DNA from: Vitrella brassicaformis CCMP3155
Lineage: Eukaryota; Protista; Chromerida
Assembly (NCBI GenBank): GCA_001179505.1
Contig: CDMY01000938.1
Span: 124,001-188,000 of the forward strand
Length of the DNA: 64,000 bases
Direction of reading: 5' to 3'
Each line of letters starts with the position of its first letter. Position 1 is the stretch's first letter. The notes beneath the pieces are model-generated. The model was not told the DNA's origin and searched no databases. It saw only the letters and a program-made list of their open reading frames with translations. A program made the position numbers and the translations under genes. Positions 1 to 12,249 of this stretch are shown one piece after another.

Positions 1-1511
1 CTCATATCTAGTGAGCACATATGTTTACTTCCGTCGCGCTGCTGGGTCACGTGGATATGCGGTGAAAGCCACGGTGGTTTTTGCGATGACACTAGCTATG
101 AAAATCGTGTGGGTCAACGTCCTTTCGCCTCGATTTTACGCTGATGATTTGAATATTCGTGACCTTCGGCGATTTCAGATGGCCCTCATATACCTGGCCA
201 CCTTCTTCCCTGCTGTTCTCCTAGGTACTCATGCGTCAGAGCTACTTGATGCTACAGTGTGTGGCACTTTTGATTGCACATTTGTTTTTCATTAGTCAAT
301 AAGCTTGTGCGCTCAATCAAAGTAAAGTCCACAGCCAATGACAAACACTCGAGTTCTTCGTTATGATCCAATGTGTATTCAGGAGGGAGATCCCACGTGT
401 AATTCGCTGCTTATTGGAGTACCAGCGACGGTCTACATACTCTACCCACGCATGCTGCAAGCGGAGGTCGTCGGACTTAACAAGAAGCTCGTCTTCTCAG
501 TTGCAATTGCCATGTAAAAGCGGCACGAAGCTCTAGCTGCTTGTCCACATCGTTCGTGCCTGCCGTTTTTCAGATTTGATCTAGTCACGGACGTCTCGCC
601 GCCTTATTGTATCTGCGTGGATCAGCATTTGCGTCTCCCTCAATCTCATGCTTGTCTCCTTCTGTGTGTATGTATATTATCAGTTATCCTGCTATACCTG
701 TCCGCCAAAAGAGGTTTCTCATGGCTCGCTACAAGAAGAAAAGGACGTTCACTGAGAACTTGACGGACATCAGGGTGCCTACAGCGAGAGAGGGGACAGC
801 TGATCGATCACTCGGACAGACGGACAGCGATGCCACAGAGAGTCAGCACCAGAAGAGAAGGAAGAGCCAGATGCTGAGAGGCCAAAGCTCAATCATAACG
901 GCAGCCATCTCGACTGCAGAACTGTCTCTTACCAGTAAACGGCTATGTCCCGAACCTGCAGGAGGGCTTCAGTCGGCCTTGGCCTCTCTTCAGGTGTCTC
1001 CACGGTAATTGCGGTGATGGTGTACCGGCGCTACGGGAATATAAAAATGTGACGTGTTTCTATAGGTCTCTTCGCGGCCTGGGGGATCAAATCATCATGT
1101 GGTCGGGCGCCGAGTTGGTCGCTCCGCTATTCACAAACTTGAGCGTACTGGTTGCCCAAGCCTTGAAAGGAGTATCATGGGAGGTACTGATAGGAGAATC
1201 GGCAGGGCTCGTGGTGCTGGTGCTCATTGAACTTGTACAACCGACCACACACAACATGACTATACCAATACCACACGCAGTATACGCAAGACTTTCTTTT
1301 ATGTATGTCTGATGAATGCGACATGCAGGTGTTCGAGCTGTGTGTGGCGTGTTTGATGATGAGGTGGAACAACATACCAATCCTGTCCGGGCGTGAAAGA
1401 GGAGTCGTTCGCTGCAGGATACTGACCTCTTTCTTGGCTGCTTTCTGCTGGTTAGCCATACCTTTCTTTCGCATGAATGACCGACAAACAAACAATTACG
1501 TATTCCCCCTA

Positions 1512-1546
<35 letters not shown>

Positions 1547-1652
1547 TTGTAGCGTTTTCACATGGCTGCCATACTACCTCCTGTCCCTACGTCGTGCGGT
1601 GCCCGGGGATTGGCAAGCTATTCCCTGTCCCTATTTTTCCTCTGTCATCTAG
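1..1652 (+). CDS. 3' part of a multi-exon, multi-pass membrane protein (hypothetical; 5' end probably outside the window)
   Basis: Several hydrophobic segments bounded by plausible GT/AG sites: VKATVVFAMTLAMKIVWV, FQMALIYLATFFPAVLLG, LLIGVPATVYILYP, LIGESAGLVVLVLIELV, ILTSFLAAFCWLAIPFF. Last exon follows (GT)n-tgttgtag at ~1551 and stops at 1652. No family recognised; exon phases not fully resolved. Confidence 0.45.
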
Positions 1653-2014
1653 AACAAAGCGGATGGAAGCCGCACATAGGCTGTGAGGTAGGTTTGTTGG
1701 TGGCTGCTTGTCTCATGGGGTTTCGTGCTTGGTCAAGCATACGCTGATTCCTGTGTGGTAAGACTTGAGGTTTGAAGGCCGGGGTAGCTATTTTGTGAGG
1801 ACTGGTCCATTCAATCAGTGCATACGAGTGAGTATTCAGTCAATGACCAACCAACCCATGCATCCCGGGTGGGTGACCCAAGCCGACCGCAGGCAGCACA
1901 CAGCACACCCCACCCAGCGTCTCTTTCTTCTCGTCTTGCCAATTTTGTGCAAAAAGTCACGCGCACACACCACACCACACACCCAGCCAGCCGTGCATTG
2001 CCTTCCGTCGTCAG

Positions 2015-5000
2015 TCACTTCTTGCCACCTGCACACAGGATGACGACACCATTTGGGTGGCGGCCGGCCTGCCTGCCTGCCTGCCTCCGGTCGACCCACG
2101 TACCTCTCTCCTTGATGGACAGCTCCAGCCTCGTCTCGGGCCCCAGGTTGTAATACCCAAGCGTCGGCGCATCCTGCACAAACCACACACCACACCACAT
2201 ATGGGCTGGCTGGTGGCTCTTTGGTGGAAGGTGCGGCTGACCTTCAGGGTGACCCCCTGTGACGGCCCCGGCGAGACCACCTTGAGCTTGAGCCGGGAGG
2301 ACGGCAGCGACACCATCTGGCCAACCTTCTCCTTCAGCGACTCCTGGATCCACAGACACACAACATCAATCAGTGCGTGGCGGGCGAGCGACGCGTATGT
2401 GTGCTTACCACAGTGTCCTTGACCATGGCCTCCACCTGCAGAGTGCCCGCTTGCAGATTGTGGGTCGCTGATGGGGGGAGCGAGGGAGGGAGTGAGGGAG
2501 GGGGAGAGGAATGACACACACACACACGCACACACACATACACACGTGGTGAGGGAGACGTCTCGCTTGTGTGCTTACGGTTAGCGATGCACTCGACAGT
2601 GTAGGCGATGGCACCCTTGTGGATGCTGATAAACTGCTCCTCAGGCACAGCTGCACCCACCACACACACACACACACACACACATCTGTATGTCTGTCAC
2701 AGCTGGCCACCACACGACAACAAACACTTACTCACCGGCGTCATCGGTGCGTGCCCTCTTGGCCGCTGGCTCCTCCACCTCACCGGCGGCCTCCTGTCCA
2801 GGCTGTGCCTGTGCTGGCATCGACATGCCGGGCGGCATCTGACCACACAAAACACAAGACAACACAACACAGCTTGCCTGAGTCTTTCAATGCGTGTTTG
2901 TTGCCTGGCCGGCCGCTCACCATGCCCATCATGGGCATCTGTCCGGGCATCATCATCGGCAGACGATAGCCACCCGCCATGGGCATCGGGGCGAACGGCG
3001 GCATTCCCATCGGCGCAAACGGCGGACGCGGCGCACCCGGTGGACCTCTGCAGCCAACGTCACACACGGAGAGGTCTTTCTACTCTAGAGAAAGAATATG
3101 TGAATGTGTGTCCATTGACTGCACTTACAGCTGTGGCGGCGGTGCGCCCGTGGAGATGATGTGTGGCGAAGGGCCAACGGGTGGCTGCACCACGGCAACC
3201 CCAGCGGCAGCAGCCGCAGTAGTTACCTTGGGAGCCTCTCCGGCGGGCTTGGGCTCCTTCATCACTGGCGGCGCTGACACTACCTCACCTGCACACAGCA
3301 CACAGCACACGCAGCAATCAACGGATGGCTCTCCTCTCCTTCCAATCGGGTGTGTGTGCACCTTCGGTGGGCTTCATGGCCTCGGCCGCAGGAGGGGCAG
3401 GAACAGGCGCTGCTGCTGCTGCTGCCGCCGGTGGTGGCGATGCGGGAATGGGCATCTGCGGCTGCAGCTGCGGCTGCATATGTGGCTGCGGGGGCGCCAC
3501 CATCGGCACAGCAGCGTTCGTCGGCGAGGGCGCTTTCTCAACTGACACACACACACCACACACCACATACACATCCATCCATCCAGGCACCCAACCCCAG
3601 CACGTGTGTGTCATTCATACCAGTGGGTGCAGCAACTGCTGCAGAGGGCGGCAGTGGTGGTCCCGGCACACCAACTCCACCAGCAGGCGTCAGAGGCAGT
3701 GCCGGCAGCTTGGGTGGTGGCGGGGGTGGCGGCACTTGTGCGGGGGCGGGGGCGGGGGGTACTTCGATGCCCAGGGGGTCGCCCGCATACTCGATCTGGT
3801 CCTCGACGGTGCCGAAGAGGTCGGGTCTTCTCGCGACGAAGTTGGCGATGTTTGCCTCCACATCTGATGGATCATCATCATGAGACAGCCAGCGGACAAG
3901 GCAAGACGTGTGAGTGCCGTGCTGGTGCCTGCTGAACAATCACCCCCNNNNNNNNNNNNNNNNNNNNNNNNNNNNNNNNNNNNNNNNNNNNNNNNNNNNN
4001 NNNNNNNNNNNNNNNNNNNNNNNNNNNNNNNNNNNNNNNNNNNNNNNNNNNNNNNNNNNNNNNNNNNNNNNNNNNNNNNNNNNNNNNNNNNNNNNNNNNN
4101 NNNNNNNNNNNNNNNNNNNNNNNNNNNNNNNNNNNNNNNNNNNNNNNNNNNNNNNNNNNNNNNNNNNNNNNNNNNNNNNNNNNNNNNNNNNNNNNNNNNN
4201 NNNNNNNNNNNNNNNNNNNNNNNNNNNNNNNNNNNNNNNNNNNNNNNACTCACCGGCAATGGGTGCGAAAGCGCTCTCCTTCTTGGCCTTGGCCACCAGA
4301 CGGTCCTTCTGCTCCCTGCGACACACCAACAGCCGGTATGTGTGTGTGTGTGTGTGTGTGAGCGTGTGTGTGGGTCAAACACTGACTTCCACTTGGGGTC
4401 GAGCAGGAGGACTCTGAGGTGCTCCGCCATGTCGTCTGACTGGACCAGCTGGCCGGTGATCGGACAGCGCTGCATACCTTCTGGCACGCCCCTCCGCCCC
4501 CTCTTCTGTCTGACATAGTCCTTGACCACAGTGATGTTCTCCGTCTCCTTCTGGACAGGCAGCTCCTCCTTTGCCGCACCACCCTCCTCTCCCCCACCAG
4601 CTGCAGCAGCTGCAGCAGCTGCCGGGGCCACAGCTGCTGGTGGTGGTGGCTCATTGGGCCTCTCATCCGTGTCGATCTCCATCTCTTCCTCATCCGCAAC
4701 GATGCGCGTCTGCATGACATCCACACACACACACACACACACAGAGGGGTTTGAGGGAGGGAGGGAGGGAGGGAGGGAGTGGGAGAGAGGCGCACCAACT
4801 GTTTCTTGGCGAGCTCTTCATCTCTTTTGGTTTTGTCGACGATGGCGGAGCCGACGATGGTGCCCGCGGGGACCTCACTGTCGACCTCCTCGCCGGGCAG
4901 CTGATACTCCAGCGGCACTGGCGCCAACAGACCAGCCTGACCACACACAGAGATAACACGTGTGTGCGGATGGTGGGGTGTGTGTGAAGGGGTGCGTTGA

Positions 5001-7165
5001 CGCACCCGCGCCATGTCTCTCTCCAGCTGTCCATTCGTGAGGTCGACGGCCATCACGGGACCCACCGGCTGGTGGCCTTCAAACTGACCACACACACACA
5101 GAGGCACACTTGTGTGTGTGTGTGGAAGGATGAGGGTGTGAGGGTGTGTCTGTGTACCTACCTGGTCGGCTGTGACGGGTGGTGCGAGCTGGATCCTGTC
5201 GTCGTCTTCGGTGAACTGGATGGTCTCCACCACTATGAAGTCGTGCCACTCGATCGACTGCATCTGATCTGTCAATCGGCAGACATACACACATACACAC
5301 ACACACACACACACATACACAGAGAGAGAGAGAGAGGGGAAGGTGTGGGCGGCAGGCAGTGTATGCGGCCACACGTGTGTGCGTGTGTGTACTCTTCTCG
5401 TCCTCGTCCCTCTGCTCCTTCTCCTTGCGCTTCTTCTCCTCCTGCGACTCCCACTCGTGGCGCAACGTGCAGCGCTCCAGCACTGACACACAGACAGGTG
5501 CCCAGGTGCCGAGGTGCATTGCACACACACACACACACAGATGAGCACATGAGCCTTTCCTCCCTCTCTCCCTCCCGCCGACCCTTCATCGGTGCGGTGT
5601 CTGGGCCGCCGTCCGTCGCGTCGCGCTTGAGCTTCTCCAGAGACGGCTTCTTCGGCACCAGACACCTGCCACATCAAGACACATAGGTCGTAGACAGGCT
5701 CATGTGTCTGTCTGTGTCATGTGTATATGTGTGTGTGTGTGTCTGTCTGTGTGTATGTGTACCTGGTATAGGCGTCGACGAGGCTCGTGAAGTAGTTGAA
5801 GAGGTAGTGGGTGGGCTTGAGGAACTCAAACTGGGCGCTGTCGACCTGTGGGTGGGCGTCGCCAGACAGACGCACACACACACACACCCGTGTGTCTGTG
5901 TGTGTGTGTGTGTGTGTTTGTGTGTGGTGTTTATGCACCTCCTTCTTGCAGAGCGTTTCCAGGAACGTCTTGCCGTTGCGCGCGACAAACTGCGCCGTCA
6001 TCTTGATGATGTCACTGCACACAGCAAGACACAGACAGACAGACAGACAGACAGACAGCAAGAAGTGCCGGTTGTCCATCTGACTCTTGTGCTGCACACG
6101 TGTGTGTGTGTGTGTGTGTGTGCTTACACGTCGACGGGTGCGATGTATGGGTGCTGGACCGTGTACTCGTCCGGCTCTGGGGGCTTCAGCTCGCGCTTCC
6201 TGTCCTCACCCATTGTCAACATCTGACATGCCATGAACATCCATAAGGGGGAGGGAGTCGTTTGCTGTAAGTGTGCTGGCTGTTCCCACCGGCCCACCCC
6301 ACCCACGCACCTTGAGCTGTTCCTTCTTGCGTTTCTTCTCCTCCTCCTTCCTCTCCTGGTCCAAGATGGCCTGCGGCTTGGCCGGCCTCAAATCCGCAGC
6401 TGACCGACCAACCGCCATACACACACACACACACACACCCATCATTGAAGTATGCCACACCGGGCGTGTGTCGTGGCGTGGGGCGAGCAGGGGCACTTAC
6501 TGTTGCCCGCGAGCAGCTCCTTGACTTTGTGGTCGTAGTAGGCGCGGTAGGGGTTGTTTTGGAATAGGAAGGCGAACTTCTGCTGCTGCCCACTGGCGGC
6601 GGCATCCTGGTGCTGACGGAAAAGATGCTGCAAGAGAGAGAGAGAGAGGTGGAGGGAGAGGGAGGGAGGCCTTGGAATGGCATGGAAGCAAAGCCAAGGT
6701 TAGGTAAGCTAAGCCGACCTGTTCAAACTCCACCCCATTCTTGGCCACGAACGCCGCGGTCTTGTCGATGATCTCTCTCTCCTTCTGAGGCGGGTAGATG
6801 ACGCCCTGAGGAACACGTGCACACACAGCACACAACACCACAGATTCCTCACAGCCGCCTGCCCGTCTGTCTGTCTGTCTGCTTTCCATCTCACACACCA
6901 GCGGAGCGCTCGCCGGCGGCCGCACAGGCGGCGGACCAGCCGCACCTGACCAACACAGCACACAGCACACAGCACTCCCACCAATCGCGCCAAACCCTTC
7001 ACCATGTCAGTGTGTGCTTCGCTGCTGACCAGGTATGACTGGTGGCGGTGCGGCAGGTGCGGGTGGCTGTCCTGGCGGCACGCCGTTCGGCGGCACGCCG
7101 TTGTCGAGGCTGAGGTCCCGCATCTCTGCCTCGGGCGGCGGGGTGGGAGGGACGACGGTCGCCAT
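2015..7165 (-). CDS. SF3A1: Splicing factor 3A subunit 1 (U2 snRNP SF3a120/Prp21), ~20 exons
   Basis: SURP1 GVIYPPQKEREIIDKTAAFVAKNGVEFE...KFAFLFQNNPYRAYYDHKV; SURP2 DIIKMTAQFVARNGKTFL...FEFLKPTHYLFNYFTSLVDAYT; PRP21 region QSIEWHDFIVVETIQF, QRCPITGQLV...MAEHLRVLLLDPKWKEQKDR, DVEANIANFVARRPDLFG; Pro-rich linker; C-terminal ubiquitin-like domain ending LGYYNLGPETRLELSIKERGGKK-stop(2015-2017). ATG at 7165; first three exons splice in frame. Confidence 0.96.
3948..4247. other. Assembly gap (300 N) inside an SF3A1 intron
   Basis: N run; flanking exons (...SAFAPIA G|gtgagt and catcag|AT GTG GAG) join in frame to give APIAD-VEANIANF, so no exon appears to be missing. Confidence 0.9.
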
Positions 7166-7455
7166 AGCTCACTCACCGACAATCAGATGATCACGCACAC
7201 CCTGACGTACGTGACATCATGCAGCACACAGGCACCAGAGCGGCTCTGCTGTGTGCTTGAGTAGAGTAGTGCGCATCCCGTCTTACCTCTTGTCAAAGCG
7301 ATGTTCACTTGTCGACGAGGACAAACACACCTGCAGGTGCCGTTATCACCTCTGCCAACATCCACAGCCTTTTTTTGTCTCATGTCATTACAAGCTCGCA
7401 CAGATCTGGCTTAGCTCGCATCGCCTCACCGAAAACTGCCTTGCTCTCTGCGGAA
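7166..7455. promoter_or_regulatory. Putative bidirectional promoter between SF3A1 and the 7456 gene
   Basis: 290 bp separate two divergent ATGs; position-based inference, no core motif identified. Confidence 0.45.
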
Positions 7456-9185
7456 ATGAAGCGTTCCATCGGCCAATCCACCCTGTGTGGCGCTCTGCCT
7501 GCTTTGGCAGTGGTGGCCATCTTCCTCTCCGTCTGTGTATGTGAAGGCCGTCTCGTCGGAGGAGGCTCTGTCAAGGCAGCAGCCGTCGTGAGGGCGCCAG
7601 TGGCGGCGCACTCACGCTCGCCCGCTTTCATGGTACGGGCGGGGGAGAGAGGGGGGCAAGAGGGCCAGGACGGTGTGTCGATGGAGATCTATGCATAGAT
7701 CTGGACTGGTGTTGATTGGTCTGTGCCGTTCTTTGTGTGTGTGTCAGTTCCCTGAGACCGAGCTGATCAAGGTGTTCGGTCGCCTGGCGGGTAAGAGGCG
7801 GACAGACAGACAAACACATGCATCACACCTCCCTCCCTTCTCCCTCTCTCTGTGTGCATCACGTCAATGTGTGTGCAGAGCATGACTACCCTGAGGGCGA
7901 GTATGCGGCGCCGCAGAAGCGACCAGACTATGTCGTGAGTCAGACAACCATCGAGGCTGCGTGATAATGGATGGAGGATAATACCCGCCCTTTATGTGTG
8001 TGTGCACCCGCTGCACTGCAGGAGCCTTGGGCGCTTGTGATCCGGCCTCCTGTTTCGCCAGGCGTGCAGAGGTGGGCGGGCGGGGTGGTAGGGCGGGGTG
8101 GTAGGGCGGGCGGGAAGGACAGGCAGGGGACAGACAGTGCACCATCATGCCCATATGGGCCCATGTGTGGGTGGGCTGGATGATGGATGCATCCCATGCA
8201 CTGCACTCATGTGGTTGGTGTGATTGGTGCAGGGCTCCCTGGGACAACCCCGCCGAGGCTTTCGCCTGGGACTCACTCTTCCCGAGGTCTGCACTGCACT
8301 GCACGGCTCACTCACCCACCCACCCCCCACACCGACGCAATGCAATGAGTGTGCCCATCCCATGACGTACACAAACGCCTTTCTGTGATTGATGCGATTG
8401 ATTGGCCCACCAGGGGCGAGCCCGCTTTGAACAAGCGCAACTTCGCGCAGCGGCTGCGGAAGCTCCAGTTCAGATGGCCGCTCAAACAGGGCTCGGCCAA
8501 GCCGGAGGGCGAGCCGGAGGCACTCGCACTCTTCAACGAGGTGGGGTCCACACACACACACACACACATGGTGGTGGGGTGTGTATGTGTGTGTCTGTGG
8601 ATGTGTGTGCGTGTGTTCAGGTGACGCGTCAGCTTCAGTATTCTGACAAGGCGGCTGATTTGCTGGAGCTTCGGTCCCTCATCGACTACAGACTCAACTT
8701 CGATGAAATGGACCAAAACGTAAGCAGGCAACGACGATCGACACACCACGCATCCACACGCAGCCCAAGCCGTGTGTATCTGTGTGTGTCGTGGCCACAC
8801 ACAACCAACAGGCTCTGAACGTGGTTTTCAACGCTCTGTCGGGCGGCAGATACCAGGTGAGTCAGTCTGACGGGAGCGATCGTGGGCTGATCTGATGAGT
8901 GAGAGGGGTGTTGATATCAACACATGCCCATGTGTGTGTCCGTGATGTGGACCACAGGTGACTTTGGAGGACTTTGAGAAGCGTCTGGCCGAATGGGCCA
9001 AGGAGAGCAAACACAGTAAGCCAGAAAGGCATCCACGCAGAGAGAGTCGGAGAAGAACAACATGTGAATGGTTCCTCTGTGTGTGTGTGTGTGTGTGTGC
9101 AGCGTACATCGACTACGACACGTTCCGCCAGCGTGTTATCGGTGGGGGGCAGCTGGTGCCCTGGGCGTGGACCACCGAGAAGTAG
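7456..9185 (+). CDS. Hypothetical protein with bipartite (signal + transit-like) leader and degenerate EF-hand-like C-terminus, ~9 exons
   Basis: MKRSIGQSTLCGALPALAVVAIFLSVCVCEG (hydrophobic core) then RLVGGGSVKAAAVVRAPVAAHSRSPAFM (basic, no acidic residues); spliced exons FPETELIKVFGRLA, HDYPEGEYAAPQKRPDYV, HDVHKRLSVIDAIDWP...ALFNE, VTRQLQYSDKAADLL...DQN, ALNVVFNALSGGRYQ|VTLEDFEKRLAEW, YIDYDTFRQRV...TTEK-stop. Confidence 0.72.
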
Positions 9186-9694
9186 ACAGACAGACATGCC
9201 GGCAGGCAGACAGGCAGGCGGCTAGGTAGCTTTAATAGTGTGGTGTGGTGTGTGTGGTGCATGTGACGTCCTTCTTGTCTTGTCTGGCCCTAGTTGTGAG
9301 TGAGGATGATGACGGATGCTATCGATGCTATCTATGCATGGTGTGTGTGAGGGGGGCAGAATCTAGGAGACAGAACAGACAGACGGCTGCAGCCAGCTTG
9401 TCGGCACATGCACACCCGGACGGACATCGATTGGCGGAAGGATCGGTATTATAGCTGAGCTGAGCTGGGCTGGGCCGGGCCGACCTGGCTGCGATGGATG
9501 GATGGATGGCAGGAAGAAGGGGTGGATTTATTGGCGACCGACACACACACGTGACTGACACATGGCTGTTCGTCGATTCATGGGACTCGTCTGTCTCAGT
9601 CAGTCAGTGTTTTTGGTCCATTCACTTACTCAAGTGCACTCTTCCCCCCAACTCACACACGCAATACATACTCGATGCAGAGAGGGGCAAACCG

Positions 9695-9729
9695 AGCACA
9701 ACGAAATATAAAATGTAGGCAGCGATGAT
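9695..9729 (-). repeat. Short paralogous copy of 12863-12896 (IIAAYILYFVVL vs IIAAYVLYSL)
   Basis: agcacaacgaaatataaaatgtaggcagcgatgat vs agcacaacgaatataaaacgtaggcagcgatgat; one 1-bp indel and one substitution. Confidence 0.7.
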
Positions 9730-12249
9730 CATGCCCCCCCTCTCTCTCTCTCTTAATCGCTCCTTTTGTTTCTACCGAGCCGTCTCTCCCATCTGTCTCT
9801 CCCTGTTCGTTGTCACATCTATCAATTTGTGGTGCACGGGGGTTGGGGTGACGCACCCATCTCACGCTCCATCTTTCCATCCATGCATGGCTGGCTGGCT
9901 GCCCTTCTGCCCTCAATCTCCCACCAGCGAGCTGGGTGGGTGGCTGCTCGATCGACCGACGCACACAAGCGCGCACACACACACGCACCGCACACACACA
10001 AGCGGTGAAAACAAAAGGGGCGAGATCAACCGCCATCCAGGTAAGAAGTAAGACACAACGAGCGACCGCATCAGGGTGAATGCAATCACACAGACAAACA
10101 GACAGCCAGACAGGGAAGGCCGGCCGAGTCATCCTCATCCTCCGTGAGTGTGAAAGCGGGTCATCCTCCCGCGGAAAGAGCTAGAAGTACGCCCCCGCTA
10201 TCCGCAATGAACATGGCTCTCTACCGGCTCTCTCACTCACACCACGGCCATTCTCCTGGCTGCGCAGAGACGACAGAGAGACATGAGTACGCCCTCTCCT
10301 GTGTTGCCGACCTTCCCATCAACGACGAAAAAAAGGCATGCAGCCGACGAAAGCCCCAACCAACCAATCACAGAGAGAGAGACGCCACGGAGGGGAGGAG
10401 TGGGGGCTTATTGGTGACAGAAAGACAGACTCTCGTGCAAAAATCGCTCAGATGATGGCAAGCCGACCGGCCTTCTTCTCGCACGACACAACGATCCCGC
10501 TCGCTCCTACAAAGGCGCAACACAATGATTGACACACCAAGAGAGAGACTTGCAGTATCCGCCGCAAAGCTGCGCTGCCCTTCCTGTCCCGCCCGCGTGG
10601 CAGCCTGTGCTTACCCTCGCCCTTGTGCCCTGTGATTTTGAATCTGGCCTGTGCCCATGGGTCAGCTCTTACCAGCGCCAGCGTGTTCATTGCGTCGCCG
10701 TGCTTCTTCTTGCAGTACGACCTTTTTTTGCAATGAGACTGCTTGTCCCAATAGTTGCTCCCATTGGTTGGCTGATTGGCTGGCTAACCGGTTTCGTGCG
10801 CCAGCGCGCCGGCGAAGGCGGCGTGGCTCAGCGCATCCTTGGCCGTCAGCCGCTTGGTGGGGTCGACCTGCAGCAAACTGAACACACAAGTACACCCAGA
10901 GACGCATACACAACAACCAGATGAGCACTATGCAACTAGAGCATACAGCTGCTCATACGTGTGGTGTCCGGCTCTGTGTACGCACCGGTTTATGAGCTTG
11001 ATGACCGGGTGGTTCTTCAGGATGTCCGGCCGCTGGAGTTTCCGCCACAGCCAGTCCTCCTCCTCGGCCTCGGTCATGTGGCGAGTGTACAGATGCTGAT
11101 GGCAAGAAACAAGGAAGAATCAAGCAGATTATTAGCTGCCGCAGGTAGCAACCCCTTGTGTGTGTGTGTCTTACCTCGCCGACGGCACTACAGTCCTGGA
11201 CTAGGGGCATGGACTGGAGCACGTGCTCATATCCGCTGGCGTTGCGATTGTCCAAAATCTCCTGCAACTGCACGATGGCACAGAAGCGTAAGACGGAGAC
11301 ATGAAATGCATGCACAAATAAATTGTGAGCTGCGCGTATGGGTGTGTATTTGGCCGTCGGCGTCGTCTTGCGTGACACCAAACGGCAGCGCCCTGCTGAG
11401 GGCCAGAAACAACATGACGCCAAGCGACCTGCAGCCAAGACACCACACCACAGTACGTTGATGGGCTGATATGTAATATTGATGTGTGGCTATCCGTACC
11501 AATAGTCTGCCGCCATCGTATAGTTGACGGTGCCGCCCAGCACCTCCGGCCGGAGATAGGGCAACGCTATCTGAAGTACCAATCCATATCATGTGTCTGT
11601 GTCGTCTGGCATCGCACCCACCGACCGACCGACCCACCATCTGCTCAGGGTGTTGGTCAGCGGGCGAGAGAACTCTTCAGACAAACCTGAGGAGACGAAT
11701 ATCATGCATTCCATTTGGTCTTGTCAAGGAGTGTGTCTGGTGCGTACCGAAGTCGCCGACTTTCACCGTCTCAGTGGTGGTCATGAACACATTCTCTTTC
11801 TCTTTCTTGAGATCCACATGCGCCACTGCACACATGACACACACACCATGCCCATTGTCTGCACACCCGTGTCTCTCTTTTTGAGTGCTCGGCGGCTGTC
11901 CGTACCCTTCTTGTCATGCTGTGCTTGACCCCTTTGAACAGCCTGTAACACTTGAGCAAGAATTTCTCAACACAGATGCCTGTGTGGGTGCACACACACA
12001 CGCAGACACACACACACACGCACACACACACAGAGGGGGGAAAGAGAGAGAGGGAGAGATTCACAAACATCGATACATAAAGGCTGCTTGGTTGTGATGT
12101 ATAGCTAAATCTTTCGCCGTCTCCTTGTCGATCCACCCGCCCAGCGTCCCATCACACAGCTCTTGCACTGTCCAGCACCTCCTGACCCCCAGCGTCTTCA
12201 TGTTCTTCCGCATCTTCTTGAATTCCTCCTCAGTGTAGCCGGTAATGGC

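Noticed and set aside
3948-4247. ORFs spanning the X run as real proteins or a missing exon
   Set aside because: The run is an assembly gap; flanking SF3A1 exons already join in frame.
7166-7180. GTGAGT just upstream of the SF3A1 ATG as a donor that would make ATG 7165 intronic
   Set aside because: The frame from 7165 splices in correct phase through two introns into SURP1, so 7165 is the simplest start.
7380-7631. Minus-strand ORF MATTAKAGRAPHRVDWPMERF...
   Set aside because: Antisense to the signal/transit exon of the 7456 gene; no splice or homology support.
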